DNA of 64,000 nt from Stegostoma tigrinum (GCF_030684315.1 NC_081355.1:82298924-82362923); one strand, 5' to 3'. Counted from the first letter of the stretch, positions 26,101 to 39,214 are shown. A program made the numbers and translations. The notes: generated by a model from the letters alone, not told the origin.

Positions 26101-26400
26101 ACGCTATTAATGTCTCCTACTGTAAAGACTGATGCAAATTATTTTTTTGACCCGTCTGCCATTTTCTGGTTCCCCATTATAGCCTCAGCCTCATTCCCTA
26201 AGGGGCCAATTTTCTCTCTGGCTTCTCTCTTCCTTTTTACATTTTATAGAAGGTCTTGCTGTCCATCTTGATATTACTTACAAGTGTACCTTCACAGTTT
26301 ATTTTCTCTCTCTTTACTTGTTTTTGTTGTCTTTCGCTGGTTTCTGAAAACTTTACCAATCCTCTGGCATACCACTAATCTTTGCCACATTGTATGTTTT
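23130..26400 (-). mobile_element. Old CR1 ORF2 relic interrupted by a PLE at 23751-25990
   Basis: Minus-strand peptides such as PEPDGMHPRILKEVA and FASVFTV flank the PLE. Confidence 0.7.
23751..25990 (+). mobile_element. PLE with RT core + GIY-YIG (degenerate) and an inverted 5' arm (23751-24245)
   Basis: ORF 24360..24914 GMGTCMGPSYAYLFVG...YIDDC (PLE RT motifs); hammerhead 25866-25893; TSD actgagta(t/g)tcttt (23737-23750 / 25991-26004). Confidence 0.92.
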
Positions 26401-27402
26401 TCTCTTGGTCACCTAGTCATTATATCTGTATGATGGCCAGAATATCAATGATTTCAATTTGATCAATCACACCAATTTTTGAGTGATTATTTCAACTCTG
26501 AGCTTATTTGGTGGTGGTAACTCACGGGGTCCAGATTGCAGTGGCAATATGCACTTTATATGCATGTGGTCATCGTTCGCTATGGGTGGTGATGGTGTAG
26601 ATTTCAACTTTCTTTCCATCACATTGCTCACCAGGAATCCCTGTTGCTCTTACTGCCTGTTATTGACGTGTTTTGGAAGGGTTTGTAGCTTGTTATTTCA
26701 ACCTAATGGTCCACACTGTGACTGTACCTGCCTTAGCCATAATGTCCTAGAATGGGACCCAAACCTGATACTTTCACAAACAAGAATGCTGTCCACTGTG
26801 CAATAAGACCTTCTTCATGGTCTTATATCCTCTCTGCAAATGCTCTCATACCTCTGGTATCAATCCATTGTTATCTTTGGTATTGTGTTTTCTATTTTAG
26901 CCTTGATCTAATCATAATTCCTCAGCAGAACCATTATCTTAGGCCATCTTTGTCATTGGTACCTACATGGACTATGACAGCTGGATCATTCCCTCTCCTG
27001 CTCCACGTTCTTCCAGTCCCAAGACAATGCCTGTAACACTGAAATTGCGCAGGCATCACAACGTTTAGGACTCACATTTTGCAGTGCAGAAAACAATTTC
27101 TATCCATCTAACTTTGCTGCCACTGGCTACAACAACATCCCTTTGTATTTGCCCATGTGCCATGGTGTTGTGGTCAGTTTGTTCTTCTTCCCTTGAGACC
27201 CTGCTCTCATTCAGACAAACTGAAAGAACTTTAAACCTTTTGGACAAATGGAAAGCCTGAGTCTCATCCAGTGCTATGATCTGAAGCTCCATACTTGCTT
27301 CACTCATAGTCACATAGTTCCTGTTGCTGATCACAGACAAAATCTGACATATCTAGCTTAAAGTTTATGACTACCCCCTGAAACAAGATATCCTCTCTGA
27401 TA

Positions 27403-27578
27403 ACGCAGTGTGGAGCTAGAGGAACACAGCAGACCAGGCAGCATCAGAGGAGCAGGAATGCTGACAGTTTGGATAAGAACCCTCGGCAGCTTTCCTGCTC
27501 TTCTGATGCTGCCTGGCCTGCTGTGTTCCTCCAGCTCCACACCTTGTTACCTTAGGCTCCAGTATTGGCAGTTCTTAC
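27403..27578. mobile_element. Palindromic PLE pLTR mini-element, family 1
   Basis: Inverted arms gtggagct-gaggaacacagcag-ccaggcagcatcaga; TSD tatcct(c/g)tctgata (27389-27402 / 27579-27592). Confidence 0.8.
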
Positions 27579-29629
27579 TATCCTGTCTGATATATAACAT
27601 TCATAAAGTTCACGCTTCAGCTCATCAAATCTGAGCTGAAGTTCCTTGAGTGCAGATATTTTCTGCAGATGTGGTAGCTAAGGACCACACTGGTGCAACC
27701 AACCATCTGCCCTGCCATCTTTATTCTGTTTTATTTTGGAATGGATTTCAAGTTTGGAAATATCATTCAATGATTATCTGTGCATGTATTAGAGAGTTAA
27801 TTAGTTAAGCTGTGCATGTAATACATTTCTACATCTCCCACTGAGACCATCACTATTTTAATTACAATTTTCTCAATTTTTGCTTTTGAAATGTGAGTTG
27901 AGATTAAGATTTGAACTTTGAACAGCTGCTAGTTTCAGAAGGAGAAGAGAACAAAGGCAGAAGCTGTCTGTTTGGGATCTGGTCCAGAAAATAATATAAC
28001 TTAATTATTGATCTAAGAGTGCTGTAGATGAATTGGCACTGAGTGTTGCTATGCTCAGGGTTGGCAGCTGATTGGATGTTGAATTGGTCAAGTAAAGGAG
28101 CTAAACTGTCAACCACAGAGACAGTTGATGAAAAGGAAACAAAAACAGGGAACTATTTTTGACTGGATTTTGCAGGAGGCGGAGAGATTTTGGGAAGCTT
28201 CTGGCCTGGCTACTCTGTTTTGCTTTCTCTAGTTTTCTGTTCAGCTATTGAATTGTTGAATGTTCTAAGTAAAGAATCCCAGTCTGTAAGTAATAAATAT
28301 TCATAGCAGCCTACTGAAATTGTTTGCACCGACCAATAACTTCGGAATTTAAACAAGATCTGCAATTCCATGTGCCTGTGAATAACTCATTATCCAAGGA
28401 TTTCACAATTGTTGGCATTCATCATTTGAAACTGTTTAGTTGAACTGGTAAATTATCGTTCTTCTATCTCCTTTCAATTTATACTTTAACTGTATCAATG
28501 TGTCAGTCTGTCTGCGGGAGAATGCGAGTTATTGTCTAAGACGTTTGGGTTTAGATTGTAGATATTAATCAGATTACATTCATTAATCTTTGTTCTGCTA
28601 AAATTACATTATTAATCATAAAAATCTTAGTATCCAAGACCTTTTTTTTAAAGATTGGTTCAGAACAACTGAAGGCCTTTGAATGTTTTAATTTTGCTGT
28701 GTTGTGACTCCAATGATAGTGAGGTTCATCTGGTTTAGCTCGCTATCCCAGTGTTGTAACACTCTCCATGACCCTTTTAAGCTACTGACTCATTTAAATC
28801 CTTAAAAGGTATCAACAAATCACTGACCGGCTTTCCTAATATAAACCACTGGGATTTTGCATTAGCCCTTAATGCCTCCAGCCCTCTCTTTTTGAGCATC
28901 CCTTATTCTGTTAAAATAAAAGAACTCGCTCCCTTGCAGTCAGATTGCCACTCCAATCCTGAGTTGGAGGTCAGCTGAATAGTTATTGAGGAGTTAAATT
29001 AGGCTTTTAATTCCCTAACATTTCCTGCATAACTATTAGCTGAGGTGGAGTATTCCAAACTCTCCATCTTTAAGAGGTTCTTTTTGCAGGTTCCAATTGC
29101 TGGGGAATTTCCCATTAGAATCTTCAATTTCCCAGACAATATCCACAAATTCTGCTGTTTCTGGGATCCCATGGTGTCTTGATGTTACATCTGCTTCAAT
29201 AAGTTCTCCAGCACAGCATTCCTTGGAGAGTGTTCTCTGGCCTGTTGTACCATTTTTGTGTTCTTGCAGAACTTCAGCTATTCTGTAACCAATTCTAGCC
29301 CGTACTCCAGGCAGACAAAAAGTACAATGTGGCTTTTAGTAGTGCAGGCTAACTTCAGTGCTGCTAGTCATAAAGAAACTCTCACCATCTCTAACATGAA
29401 CAGCAATTTGATCCCTGTGCCTGATTTCAGGAGCTATCCATCTTACTCTCCGTTCTATTTAGAATATAGAAGATGCAAACAATGTTGTTTGGGAATTATG
29501 GATAACTCATGAGAGTGAGTGGTAATAATTTGAATTTCTTTGACTAGAAAAATAAATGTTAGCAATGAACAGGTTAAAGTGACCAGATACATTGTATACT
29601 TTTCCTGAAGTTCTTAATTTTAGGGCTTA

Positions 29630-30040
29630 GAACTTTATAAATAGAAATATAGAAGCTAGGAGCAGGAATACGCCACTCAAACCTGCTCTCCCATTTAATA
29701 TGGCCATAGTCGATCCTCTGCCTTAATGCCATGTCTTTACGCCTTTAAAATCCAAAAACTTGTCAATCTTTTACTTGAATATATTCAGTGACTTGATCTC
29801 CACAGCCTTCTGTGGTACAGAATGTCACAGGCTCACTGTTCCTTGTGGGGAAATAGTTCCTCACCTCTGCCCCGTAAATGATTTTATACTGTATCCTGAG
29901 ACTGTGTTCTCTGGTTTTAGTCTCTCCAGCTGGGGAAATACCCTCCCTGCAACTAGCTTGACCAGTTCTGTTCAAATGTTACACATTTCATTTAGAATCC
30001 CTCTCATTTTCTAAACTCTGCTGTATGCAGGTCCAATCAA
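29630..30040 (-). mobile_element. CR1 3' fragment
   Basis: Tail (tagaaata)n and ORF 29763..29975 resembling the CR1 ORF2 C-terminus. Confidence 0.7.
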
Positions 30041-30264
30041 TCCTGGGATATTGACGTGCTAAACCTTAATAAAATCACATTAATGGCTAAAGTTAGTAAT
30101 TGTGACATAATTGACAAAGACATATAATGAAAATACTCCTCTTGTAGTAACATTATCAATTTCATTTGCAACATTTGGGGAAGAGGGGACTGGACAGAGA
30201 TGACTATTGCAGCTGGTAATATGGGATGTCTCACATGTCTTTTATATCTTGTCCTGCCTCATAG

Positions 30265-30333
30265 GGTCTCAGGGGAGATCCTGGAATAAAGGGTGAAAAA
30301 GGACAACCAGGGCAAGGTTCTCCTGGTCCAAAG
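30265..30333 (+). CDS. COL28A1: Collagen XXVIII-like exon (GLRGDPGIKGEKGQPGQGSPGPK)
   Basis: cctgcctcatAG / GTaaga; 69 bp, phase 0. Confidence 0.85.
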
Positions 30334-31092
30334 GTAAGAAGTTAATTTAATTTCAAAAGAATCACTGAAAGCAGCCTTTTTTGTTGGCAACCAAGTAGGC
30401 TGAATGGTAAGAAAGGGAGCTGTGCTGAACAGAGACAGCCCAGTTACAAGCTTTCAGTTCTTCAATTTCACTGGGACAATGAACATGTGATTTCAGTGCT
30501 TACAGGCTTAAGATGATGGTATTGGCCAAATTTCCTACTCTTGATGATTATACAATTAATATAGCAAGTGTAATTTGTAGCAGGCAAAAGTTTAGTTTGT
30601 GTCCCCTGTTGTCAAATAGGCCACTAATACTCATTGTTTAGGCTCACACATTGGGTATGGATATTTTGTTGCCAGAGCTCTTGGAATTGTACTCAGGGAT
30701 GATTTACTTCATTTGGAAGAAACAGAGGAAATTGAAAATGAACCTGCAAAAATGTGAATTGTCACATAGTGGATTACTGTTCGATACCGAGAAGAGGTGA
30801 ATATTAACTTTTACACAACAATGAATGTAAAATGTTTCTCCTTATTTGCTGAGTTTATGAATCCATGATATAAGTACAGACCAAACAAAATGAATTTTGC
30901 CAAGGTATTTCCACTCTCAAGTGGTTTAATGAGGAAAAATACTTCAAAAGGTCAATCAGTTACTTTTCCACCAGGGAGATTATGAATGGAAAGGTTGGGG
31001 GGAAAAGTCATCTGCTTGAAATAAGCACATTAAGTGGTTGTGGATTTTTTTGTGTTCAGTATTTTTCAAGATGAATGATTTTAAGTTTTACT

Positions 31093-31252
31093 TGGTCAGA
31101 AGTCACACGACGTCAGGTTAGAGTTCAACAGGTTTATTTGAAATCACAAGCTTTTGAAGTGCTGACTTTTTGTCAGGTGAAGACTTGGGTTATAACCTAA
31201 TGTTGTGTGACTTCTGACATGGTCCACCCCAGTCCAACAGCAGTACCACCAC
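31093..31252. mobile_element. Short inverted-arm element with a degenerate hammerhead-like motif (putative PLE family 3)
   Basis: gtcagaagtcacacgac...ggtta and its reverse complement taacctaatgttgtgtgacttctgac; minus strand CTGACAA...AAAAGCTT. Confidence 0.5.
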
Positions 31253-32671
31253 GCCACCTTTAAATCTTACAGCCCATGCTTTCTGCCTCCAGTGGGTGTC
31301 TGTTTGCCCTATGACAGGTGAAAAGTGTAAGGCTTGGGAGTGCGTAAACATAAAACAGAAAACTCACTGGCTGGTTTTGCCTCATGTACTCAGAGACAAC
31401 AACGAGTTTTGTTGAGTAGAAATGAAATTCTGTTTATAAAACATTATTCCAGAAGCTGCAAAATAAATTAATAGCATTATGAGAGTCAAATTGAAAACAC
31501 AGAAGTTTAAAATAATAAATCTCTGTTGATGTAAAAAAGAAAAATTATTTTTATTGGATGCACTCTAGAATGTTCAACTATTTCTCAGTTATTTGCTTTC
31601 TCCATTATTTTTTCCCTCTGTCTTGTTTTGTATTTTGGCAATTATTGATGCCCTATTCCACTTTCACAGAGAGGTTGTTCAATTTTAGTTGGACTTGGGA
31701 CCAGTTGCCAGCACTTCTAAGATTTCAGAAACATTGACAAGAATTCAGTACTGAGTTTGCCTGGGGTATTAGAATGCCTCTTATTTTTCTTTCTCTTTAA
31801 AGAGCTTTAATGTTGAAATATTGTAGCACCCAGCTTACGACATTATAGTTAAACAAATGGAAATAAGAGTCAAAGTGTGGAAGGACAACTTGCAAATAAA
31901 TCTTTTATATTCTCTTAAATTACTGGGGTAGGGTATACTATAACAATTGTCAATAATATGTTAATTTATTTTAAACCACTTTGGACCCCATTTACTAAAG
32001 AAATTGACATTGAGATTGGGCTGACATTTGCTACATATGGGAGTCAATGTGAATGGAATATTTCAGGCTATTGGTTAATGGCTGAGATCTACTGAAGGCC
32101 TGTTGTTGCAATGTGAAAAGGTACCACAGTCAAAACTCAGTTGTGATGATTTGATTTTAGAACATAATATTAAACTTTGTGCAGTAGTCAAACATTTGTT
32201 TCTCTGCTTGTTTGATTGTGGAAAATCAAACCGACTCATTTTGCTGAAGACAGCAAGAAAGATAACATGGAGATAGCAGAAATAACCTGTTTCAAATCAC
32301 ATGGACCACAAGGTTGGGTAGAGTTAATAATGTTCTTTAACAGACTTCTGAAGATTTTATCAGATGACGTCTCACCTCCCAACTTATTACTCCGACAAAG
32401 ACCCTTCATACACTACCTCAAATATTTCAAATAACTTCTAAATTAACATTTTCCAGAAAACTTCTTTGAGAAGGTAAAATGTTTATTGCCGTATGGTGCT
32501 TTGCCTCTGTCACTGGAAGTAGTGTCAAGGCAATCAATCTTTAATTCTTAAAGACACCAGCACAATGTCGAAGGGTTAACAACTCTACAGTCAGACAGTA
32601 ATCAAATATTATTAATACTATTTTTTTTGCTTTCATTTAATGATTCTATAAATACTTTGTTTTCTTCATAG

Positions 32672-32740
32672 GGCCACATAGGCTATACAGGCCCCAAAGG
32701 CTCACGTGGGCCGACTGGAATTGGAATTAAAGGTGTCAAG
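32672..32740 (+). CDS. COL28A1: Collagen XXVIII-like exon (GHIGYTGPKGSRGPTGIGIKGVK)
   Basis: ttttcttcatAG / GTagaa; 69 bp, phase 0. Confidence 0.85.
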
Positions 32741-32894
32741 GTAGAAAAACAATCCATCAGCTTTTCTTTCCATTGTTGCCAAAAGCCAGATAAGAAATCT
32801 CAAGGTGTTTCTAGGTTGATATACAATGTCATGTTGCACTGAGTCATTTTGATCAGGATGATTATAGGATCAAACCCACTACTGAGGTAACAAG

Positions 32895-33150
32895 TAAAAA
32901 CAGAAACTGCGAGAGAAATGCAACAGGTCTGGCAACATCTGTGGAGAGCCTTCTGAAAAAGGTCCTGTTAATTCTTGTTTCTCTCTCCAAAACTACTGAA
33001 GAAACTGAGCAAGTCAGGAGAGAGAAGCAAGGATTAACGTGACCATTTGTCAAAAGGTTCTCCACAGATGTTGCCAGACCTGCTGAGTTTCTTGAGCAAT
33101 TTCTGATCTTGTTTGTTTCAGATCTCCAGTGACCGCAGTTCTTTTTTTTA
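32895..33150. mobile_element. Degenerate palindromic PLE mini-element, family 2
   Basis: caggtctggcaacatctgtggaga / tctccacagatgttgccagacctg arms; tail like 12201-12435. Confidence 0.7.
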
Positions 33151-33701
33151 ATGTAACCGACTTAATCTCAGCCAAGACAAACACCAGGAATGGCAGAAAT
33201 ACTTTTGGACTAAAGACAAAAAAAAATCAAGAATGCCTTCCATAAATACTATTCAGCAACAGTTGTTGATTTGAATGTTTTGATACAGAATTGATCTCAT
33301 TCCCCATATTACAGTAGCATTCTAACATTTGGTACATGTTGGCACCCAACATGTTCTATGTGGATGCAAATACATAACACACTTCTGGCATTAGTTTGAG
33401 ATTCTAGGATGTTTGCATTTCCAGACCTAGTTTCCGGCCAAAAACAGGTGAAAAGTGGTAGGTGGCCAGCAGCCAGGAGCAAAGATTTGGCTGCCCAAAG
33501 TCTGTCGGCCAGTGGTTTTATATTAACATGATTCTGGGCTCAATCACTAAATTTAAGTTACAATCTGCCTTGGCACCAATAACTTTCACTTTTAACGTTA
33601 ACAAAGTGTGAGATTCAGAAGTCATATGGAGAGAATAAAGCCAGAAGATTCTATGGTTTTAAACAAGCAATAATTAATTTAATGTACAATGTTAAAATTG
33701 T

Positions 33702-34031
33702 AATGTAATCTAAACTACATGTGCAACTCATTTCTAACACCCAGAATTAACATATGGTAAACATGGGTTATAGATGTGATCAAACATCCCACAAAGTGCA
33801 ATAAATAGAAAATCAAGACAGACTTCATGGATTCCTCAGCAAATTCCCCCTAAATATTAATGATGTAATATAATCTAAACTACATGTGCAACTCATTTCC
33901 AACACCCAGAATTAACATATGGTAAACATGGGTTATAAATGTGATTAAACATCCCGCAAAGTGCAATAAATAGCAAATCAAGACAGACTTCATGGATTTC
34001 TCAGCAAATTCTCCCTAAATATTAATGATGT
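33702..34031. repeat. 165-bp tandem duplication (33702-33866 / 33867-34031)
   Basis: Two adjacent copies, about 8 mismatches counted by eye. Confidence 0.9.
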
Positions 34032-35404
34032 GATAGGCCATCAAATCTCATTTAACTTCACAAGGATTACAATTCTTTATTACAGTTACAATCACATTTC
34101 TTCACTTTTGATGACCTGTCCTTGAAATTCCTCTGGTGAGCTGTTCTGTTATGGACTACATCAACGAGTATTCCAATTCGGATAAAATACCTTCCTTTCC
34201 TGAGTCTACATTTCCACTGGACTCCAAAACTACTTATTCTCAAGCATAACAAAACAGGTCTCCACCACTTTCTCACGGGAAACTAGGGACAGACAGTGAT
34301 GCCAGTATCCTGCAACTGAATAAAAAAAAACTATTCTCATTAATGACAGCTAGCTCCATGTGTCGGTGCTGCCCCTGAGTTTTCCTTCAAGCTCCAGTCT
34401 TGTTCAATTGCATCAAGCAGATATTGCTTGTAGTCCCTTTTAGCTGCATTGAAGTGCCAATGCTCATAGGCTTTTTCTAAGATCCTCACAGCTCCCTTTA
34501 AGACACAGCCATTGACCTCCCACATTCTCAGCTACCCTGTGAATCCTGACTGCAAAACTTAATGACCCTGTAATTCCCAGAACTTTGGTGTTCTACCAGC
34601 ATAAAGCCACCCCATTGGTCTTGACTCTTCACTGAGTCCTCTACACAGAATCCGTATAATCCATCTGCCCTCTCAGCAATGAAGCTAACTGCAGCATTTT
34701 GTAACATAGGGTTTGCCTTTCTCACCCCTTCATTTCACCGCTTGTATTCACTTCAAATGTCTCTTCTGTGAAACTCTCCCACCACATCCACCCTGCCCCC
34801 TCCACCCACACCAATGATCCTGTCCAGCCTGTTGAAAAATTTGCAATATTGCAGTAAACCCCTCACCTATTGTTGGGCAGAGCTGAATGTTACTAGCATT
34901 TTGTGTCACCCTTGTTTATGAAAGAACAATAAAGATTATGTTCCCATCAAAAGCCGGAAGAGGATTTCATCACATTATGCATATCCAAAACATAGCACAT
35001 TGGCGTGAAATTAGCTTTATAAACTCATTCTCAAAGGATGGTGTATTGTCAGAAATGCAACCATGATTGTCCAGTTTGTGTGAGGACCTGCAATAAATGC
35101 ATACTTTAGTCGACCTGTCAGAACTAGTGACATCACTATTAAGGGAGAGAGACTGGGAAGGTTAGAAAATTTACTACACAATTAACTGATCAAAAAATAA
35201 AGAATTCAAACATCAAGCAATAATTTATCACCAACTTTACAATGAAAAGTCCAAAATAACATGATGATGGATGAAAGAAGAAAAGCACTCACAGTGAAGA
35301 CATAGATTGCCAATAGATTGTGTCTGCCCATATTGTGGTGACAAAACCCTAATATTTGAAAATACTTGAAACTTCAGTTTTTAAATAGCCAGGGAAGTTT
35401 GAGA

Positions 35405-35644
35405 TAAAAACTGAAAGAACTGTGGACACCGTCAGTTAGAAACAAAAACTGACATTGCTGGAAAAGCTCAGCAGGCCTGGCAGCATCTGTGAAGAAAAGA
35501 TCAGAGATAACATTTCGGGTCTGGTGAGCCTTCCTGAGAATTCACTGTTCTCACGAAAGGTCACTGGACTTGAAACGTTAACTTTGATTTCTTTTTTCAC
35601 AGATGTTGCCAGACCTGCTGAGCTTTGCCAGCAATGTCAGTTTT
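35405..35644. mobile_element. Palindromic PLE mini-element, family 2
   Basis: aaaactgacattgctgg...gcatctgtgaa and its reverse complement; hammerhead-like aaggtcactggacttGAAAcgtt near 35550-35580. Confidence 0.8.
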
Positions 35645-36142
35645 AGAACATAGAACATAGAACATTACAGCACAGTACAGGCCCTTTGGCCCTCGGTGTT
35701 GTGCCGACCTGTCATACCAATCTGAAGCCCATCTAACCCACACTATTCCGTGTACATCCATATGATTGTCCAATGACAACTTAAATGTACTTAAAGTTGG
35801 TGAATCTACTACCATTGCAGGCAAAGTGTTCCATTCCCTTACTACTCTCTGAGTAAAGAAACTACCTCTGACATCTGTCCTATATCTTTCACCCCTCAAT
35901 TTAAAGCTATTCCCCCTCGTGCTCGCTGTCACCATCCTAGGAAAAAGGCTCCCCCTATCCACCCTATCTAACCCTCTGATTATTTTCTATGTCTCAATTA
36001 AGTCACCTGTAAACCTTCTTCTCTCTAATGAAAACAACCTCAAGTCCCTCAGCCTTTCCTCATAAGACATTCTCTCCATACCAGGCAACATCCTAGTAAA
36101 TCCCCTCTGCACCCTTTCCAAAGCTTCCACATCCTTCTTATA
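35645..36142 (-). mobile_element. Young CR1 3' fragment
   Basis: (tagaaca)n tail; ORF 35597..35962 LFPR...FFTQRVVREWNTLP. Confidence 0.85.
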
Positions 36143-36196
36143 ACATAGTTATCCTTCCAAGTTTTAAATAAAATTGTGATAGATCTGTTTTTTCAG

Positions 36197-36265
36197 GGTG
36201 ATATTGGACCTCCAGGAGCATCAGGACCTATCGGCATGACAGGAATCGGTTTGCAAGGTGAAAAG
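36197..36265 (+). CDS. COL28A1: Collagen XXVIII-like exon (GDIGPPGASGPIGMTGIGLQGEK)
   Basis: gttttttcAG / GTaatg; 69 bp, phase 0. Confidence 0.85.
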
Positions 36266-36283
36266 GTAATGTAACCAACAATT

Positions 36284-36412
36284 TCTGAAGAAGGGTCTTG
36301 ACACGAAATGTTAAACTTTCCTGCTCCTCTGATGCTGCTTGGCCTGCTGTGTTCATCCAGCTTCACACTGTGTTATCTCAGATTCTCCAGCATCGGCAGT
36401 TCCTACTATCTC
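36284..36412 (+). mobile_element. Solo PLE hammerhead mini-insertion (129 bp)
   Basis: Starts tCTGAAGAagggtcttgacacGAAA; perfect 14-bp TSD tgtaaccaacaatt (36270-36283 / 36413-36426). Confidence 0.88.
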
Positions 36413-36559
36413 TGTAACCAACAATTCATTGACAATAGATAATAGCATGTACGTCCTGTTTGCCACATTTACTTCCGTACTTTGATTTTGTAATTCAGGT
36501 CATGCACTTTCAAATCAGTGGCACTGCAGTTGTGTTGTGATACCCATGTATTACCTAAC

Positions 36560-36900
36560 ATGTTGTTTCCCTGTTTGTGAACACTGACATTAAACAAGGC
36601 TGTGTTACTGCAACACTTGTCCTGCTGCAATGTTGTGCACACGCGGACAGCAAATCACCCATAGGCATGGAGATAGTCTGCAGAACAGATAGGAAACATT
36701 TCAATCGAACCCATTCTACCATCATAACCACTATAACATCAGCCTTGGAGTTTCAATATACAGAAGATACATGCATGTGCACACACTCATGAGGAAATTG
36801 TGTTTCAAGTCATTGCTGACTCCTTCTCTAAAGCACATTAGAAAATGGACCTAAGTCTTAAACACCCTGAAAACTAAATATTCTTTGAACTGACTCCCAC
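36560..36900 (+). mobile_element. RTE-clade LINE RT relic
   Basis: NTDIKQGCV...CRTDRKHFN...LEFQYTEDTC resembles the RTE motifs GVKQGCV...YRTDGKLFN...ELQYADD. Confidence 0.65.
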
Positions 36901-37109
36901 AGCAAACTGGAGTAGAAGCAAACCATCCTTAACCTCAAAGGCATGCCTTAGATGAAGATGAAGGTCTAGTGTGTGCTTTTTATCCTCTCCTTTACACATA
37001 CCTTTCCATCCTTCTCAGACTATGTATTTTGAGGAAAACTGAACTGATTCATTTTGCTAAAGAAAGGAAGAAAAATAGAAATAACGAAGAAAAGAATCTA
37101 TTCTCCTTA

Positions 37110-37800
37110 CAACATACATACATACAACATACAAAAAGACAGCACAGAACAGGCCCTTCGGCCCTCATTGTTTCGCCGACATCCTTCCTCTCGCAAGGAG
37201 ACCAAAATCGATGGCAGTATTCCAAAAGCAGCCGAATCAATGTCCTATATGGCTGCTAAGTGATCTCCCAACTCCAATCCTCAATGCACTGACCGAGGAG
37301 GCGGGGATGAGTGGAGGAACTAGTCTTGGGATGAGGCGGACGGGTGGGGAGATTTTGAGGGTGGCAAAGTCCATATTGAGGCCATTGAGTTGGAAGCTCC
37401 CGAGGCGGAATATGAGGTGCTGCTCCTCCAGTTTCTGGGTGGTGTGGTTGTGACACTGGAAGAGGCCCAGGATGGACATGTCGTTCAGGGAGTGGGAGGG
37501 GGAGTTGAAGTGATGCAATGATTTGGATATGAAAATAGAAGGTGTGGTTAGTAAGTTTCCCAATGATTGAAGGTGTAGTAGCCAGCCAAGAAGGTCACCT
37601 CAGAATACAATGGGACATTGACAAGGGCCAATAAACTGAGGAGTGGCAGATGGAGTCGAGGTTAGATAAATGTGAGGTGCTACATTTTGGAAAGACAAAT
37701 CAGGGCAGCACGTTTACACTGAAGGTTGTGGGGAGTGTTGCTTAATAAAGAGACGCTGGAGTGCAGTTTCGTAGTTCCATCAAAGTACAGCCACCGGTAG
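37110..37800. mobile_element. Composite of a CR1 tail (-), a PLE GIY-YIG fragment (-, about 37295-37512) and a CR1 RT fragment (+)
   Basis: HFNSPSHSLNDMSILGL...LIFRLGSFQLNGLNMDF on -; DMKIEGVVSKF and KCEVLHFG on +. Confidence 0.7.
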
Positions 37801-39214
37801 AATACATTTTCAAGTTGTCATTTTTTTTTGGCAAGATTTGAGCTCTGAGGTTGAGTTCAAACATCTTAACTCGGAAAAAGCTGGCTTCACCAGATATTTC
37901 TCAGTTTCCATTTCCCCTAAGTTGCTTGTTTTCACCAGCGTAACTCGCCTCTTCAGCCATTCTTCCTCCTGCTTTACTTGTGAAACAATTTCTTCAGCCT
38001 GGTTTCTTTCTGGCAGGACCTGTCTCCTCATGTAGGCCCAGGCTGCTTGCTGCTAATGTCCTGTCCTCATCTAACCCGAGCTCTCTCATACCACATGTGT
38101 CCTTGACCCCAGGCTCTGATACACTCCATGTACAACTTACCTCCCACACTGGTCACTCCTGCGACTGTTCCCCAGTTTACTGGCTAATTCCTTTTTTAAA
38201 CTCTAGGGAAATTATTTCATTTTTAGAAGACATTATTAGTTTACCAGGGATGTTCAATGGCTATATTAAGCATCTTGTCTATTTTCGTTTAACTGTACCT
38301 CTGGGAAAAGGCAGGGCTCAGAAGCTTATTCCTGAGATCAATGGCCAAATGGGAAAAGAGGGCAGATTTTCCCCAAAGCACCAGGAAAATTCAGTCACAA
38401 AGGTGCTGTGATCTCTGAAGAGTTCACTGTCCAGTTTCAAGCTGGACCTCTCTTGTGCTTGCTGCTGATAGGTTCATGATTAAACCTATCAGGAGCAACT
38501 CTGAGATGGAACTAGCTGGTGATCAGTGGGGCAGTGGAAGGTACATGGTGATGGTTGAAAGTAGTTAAGCCTATGAGCTTTATGTTTGCAGAACCAGGGC
38601 CAGAGAAGTGGGACCAGGGTCAGAGATATAGCCTAGATTAGAGAAGTGCAACCAAGGCTGGGCAAGTCCAAGTTACTGGTCCAGGCAGAGAGAGAAGCAA
38701 AGGAGGAGACTACAGAGGCAGAGGTTGGGGGGCGCGGTCAGGGTGAGGCTGTAGGTGTTGCTGAGAAGGAAATCGGGAAAGGCTGAATGTATCAGGGAGC
38801 GGGAGGAGGGAAAAGGATGGCTGGAGAGGTGAAGGCAGAATATGGGTAAGAGAGAGATTCTATGGGTCAGGGCAGAAGATGGATAAAAGTGGTGGTTGCA
38901 GGGGCGTGGGTGGAAGAGAGACAGATGGAGGCTGAGCGGTAAGATCACTGAGGTTGCAAGGGGGTGAGCAAAGGAGGTGGTAAAGTTGGTGGTAGATGAA
39001 GGCTGCAAAGGGCAAAGTGAGAGGGAAGCTACAAACTCAGGTTGTGAGGACAGTCAGTCTTAAAAAAAAGTGAATAATTTTAAACCTATTAATAAAAGAA
39101 TACTCAGCTCACTAGGAGCCTGTAAAACTGGAAATCCCTGAGATAATGAACTTCTTGAAAATAAATGTGAAATCTCAAGCTCAAGGCAGCATACTTTCCA
39201 AAACCTTTTCCAAG

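Noticed and set aside
27890-28761. Possible solo LTR (TG...gttgtaaCA)
   Set aside because: No TSD, no second copy and no clear 5' boundary.
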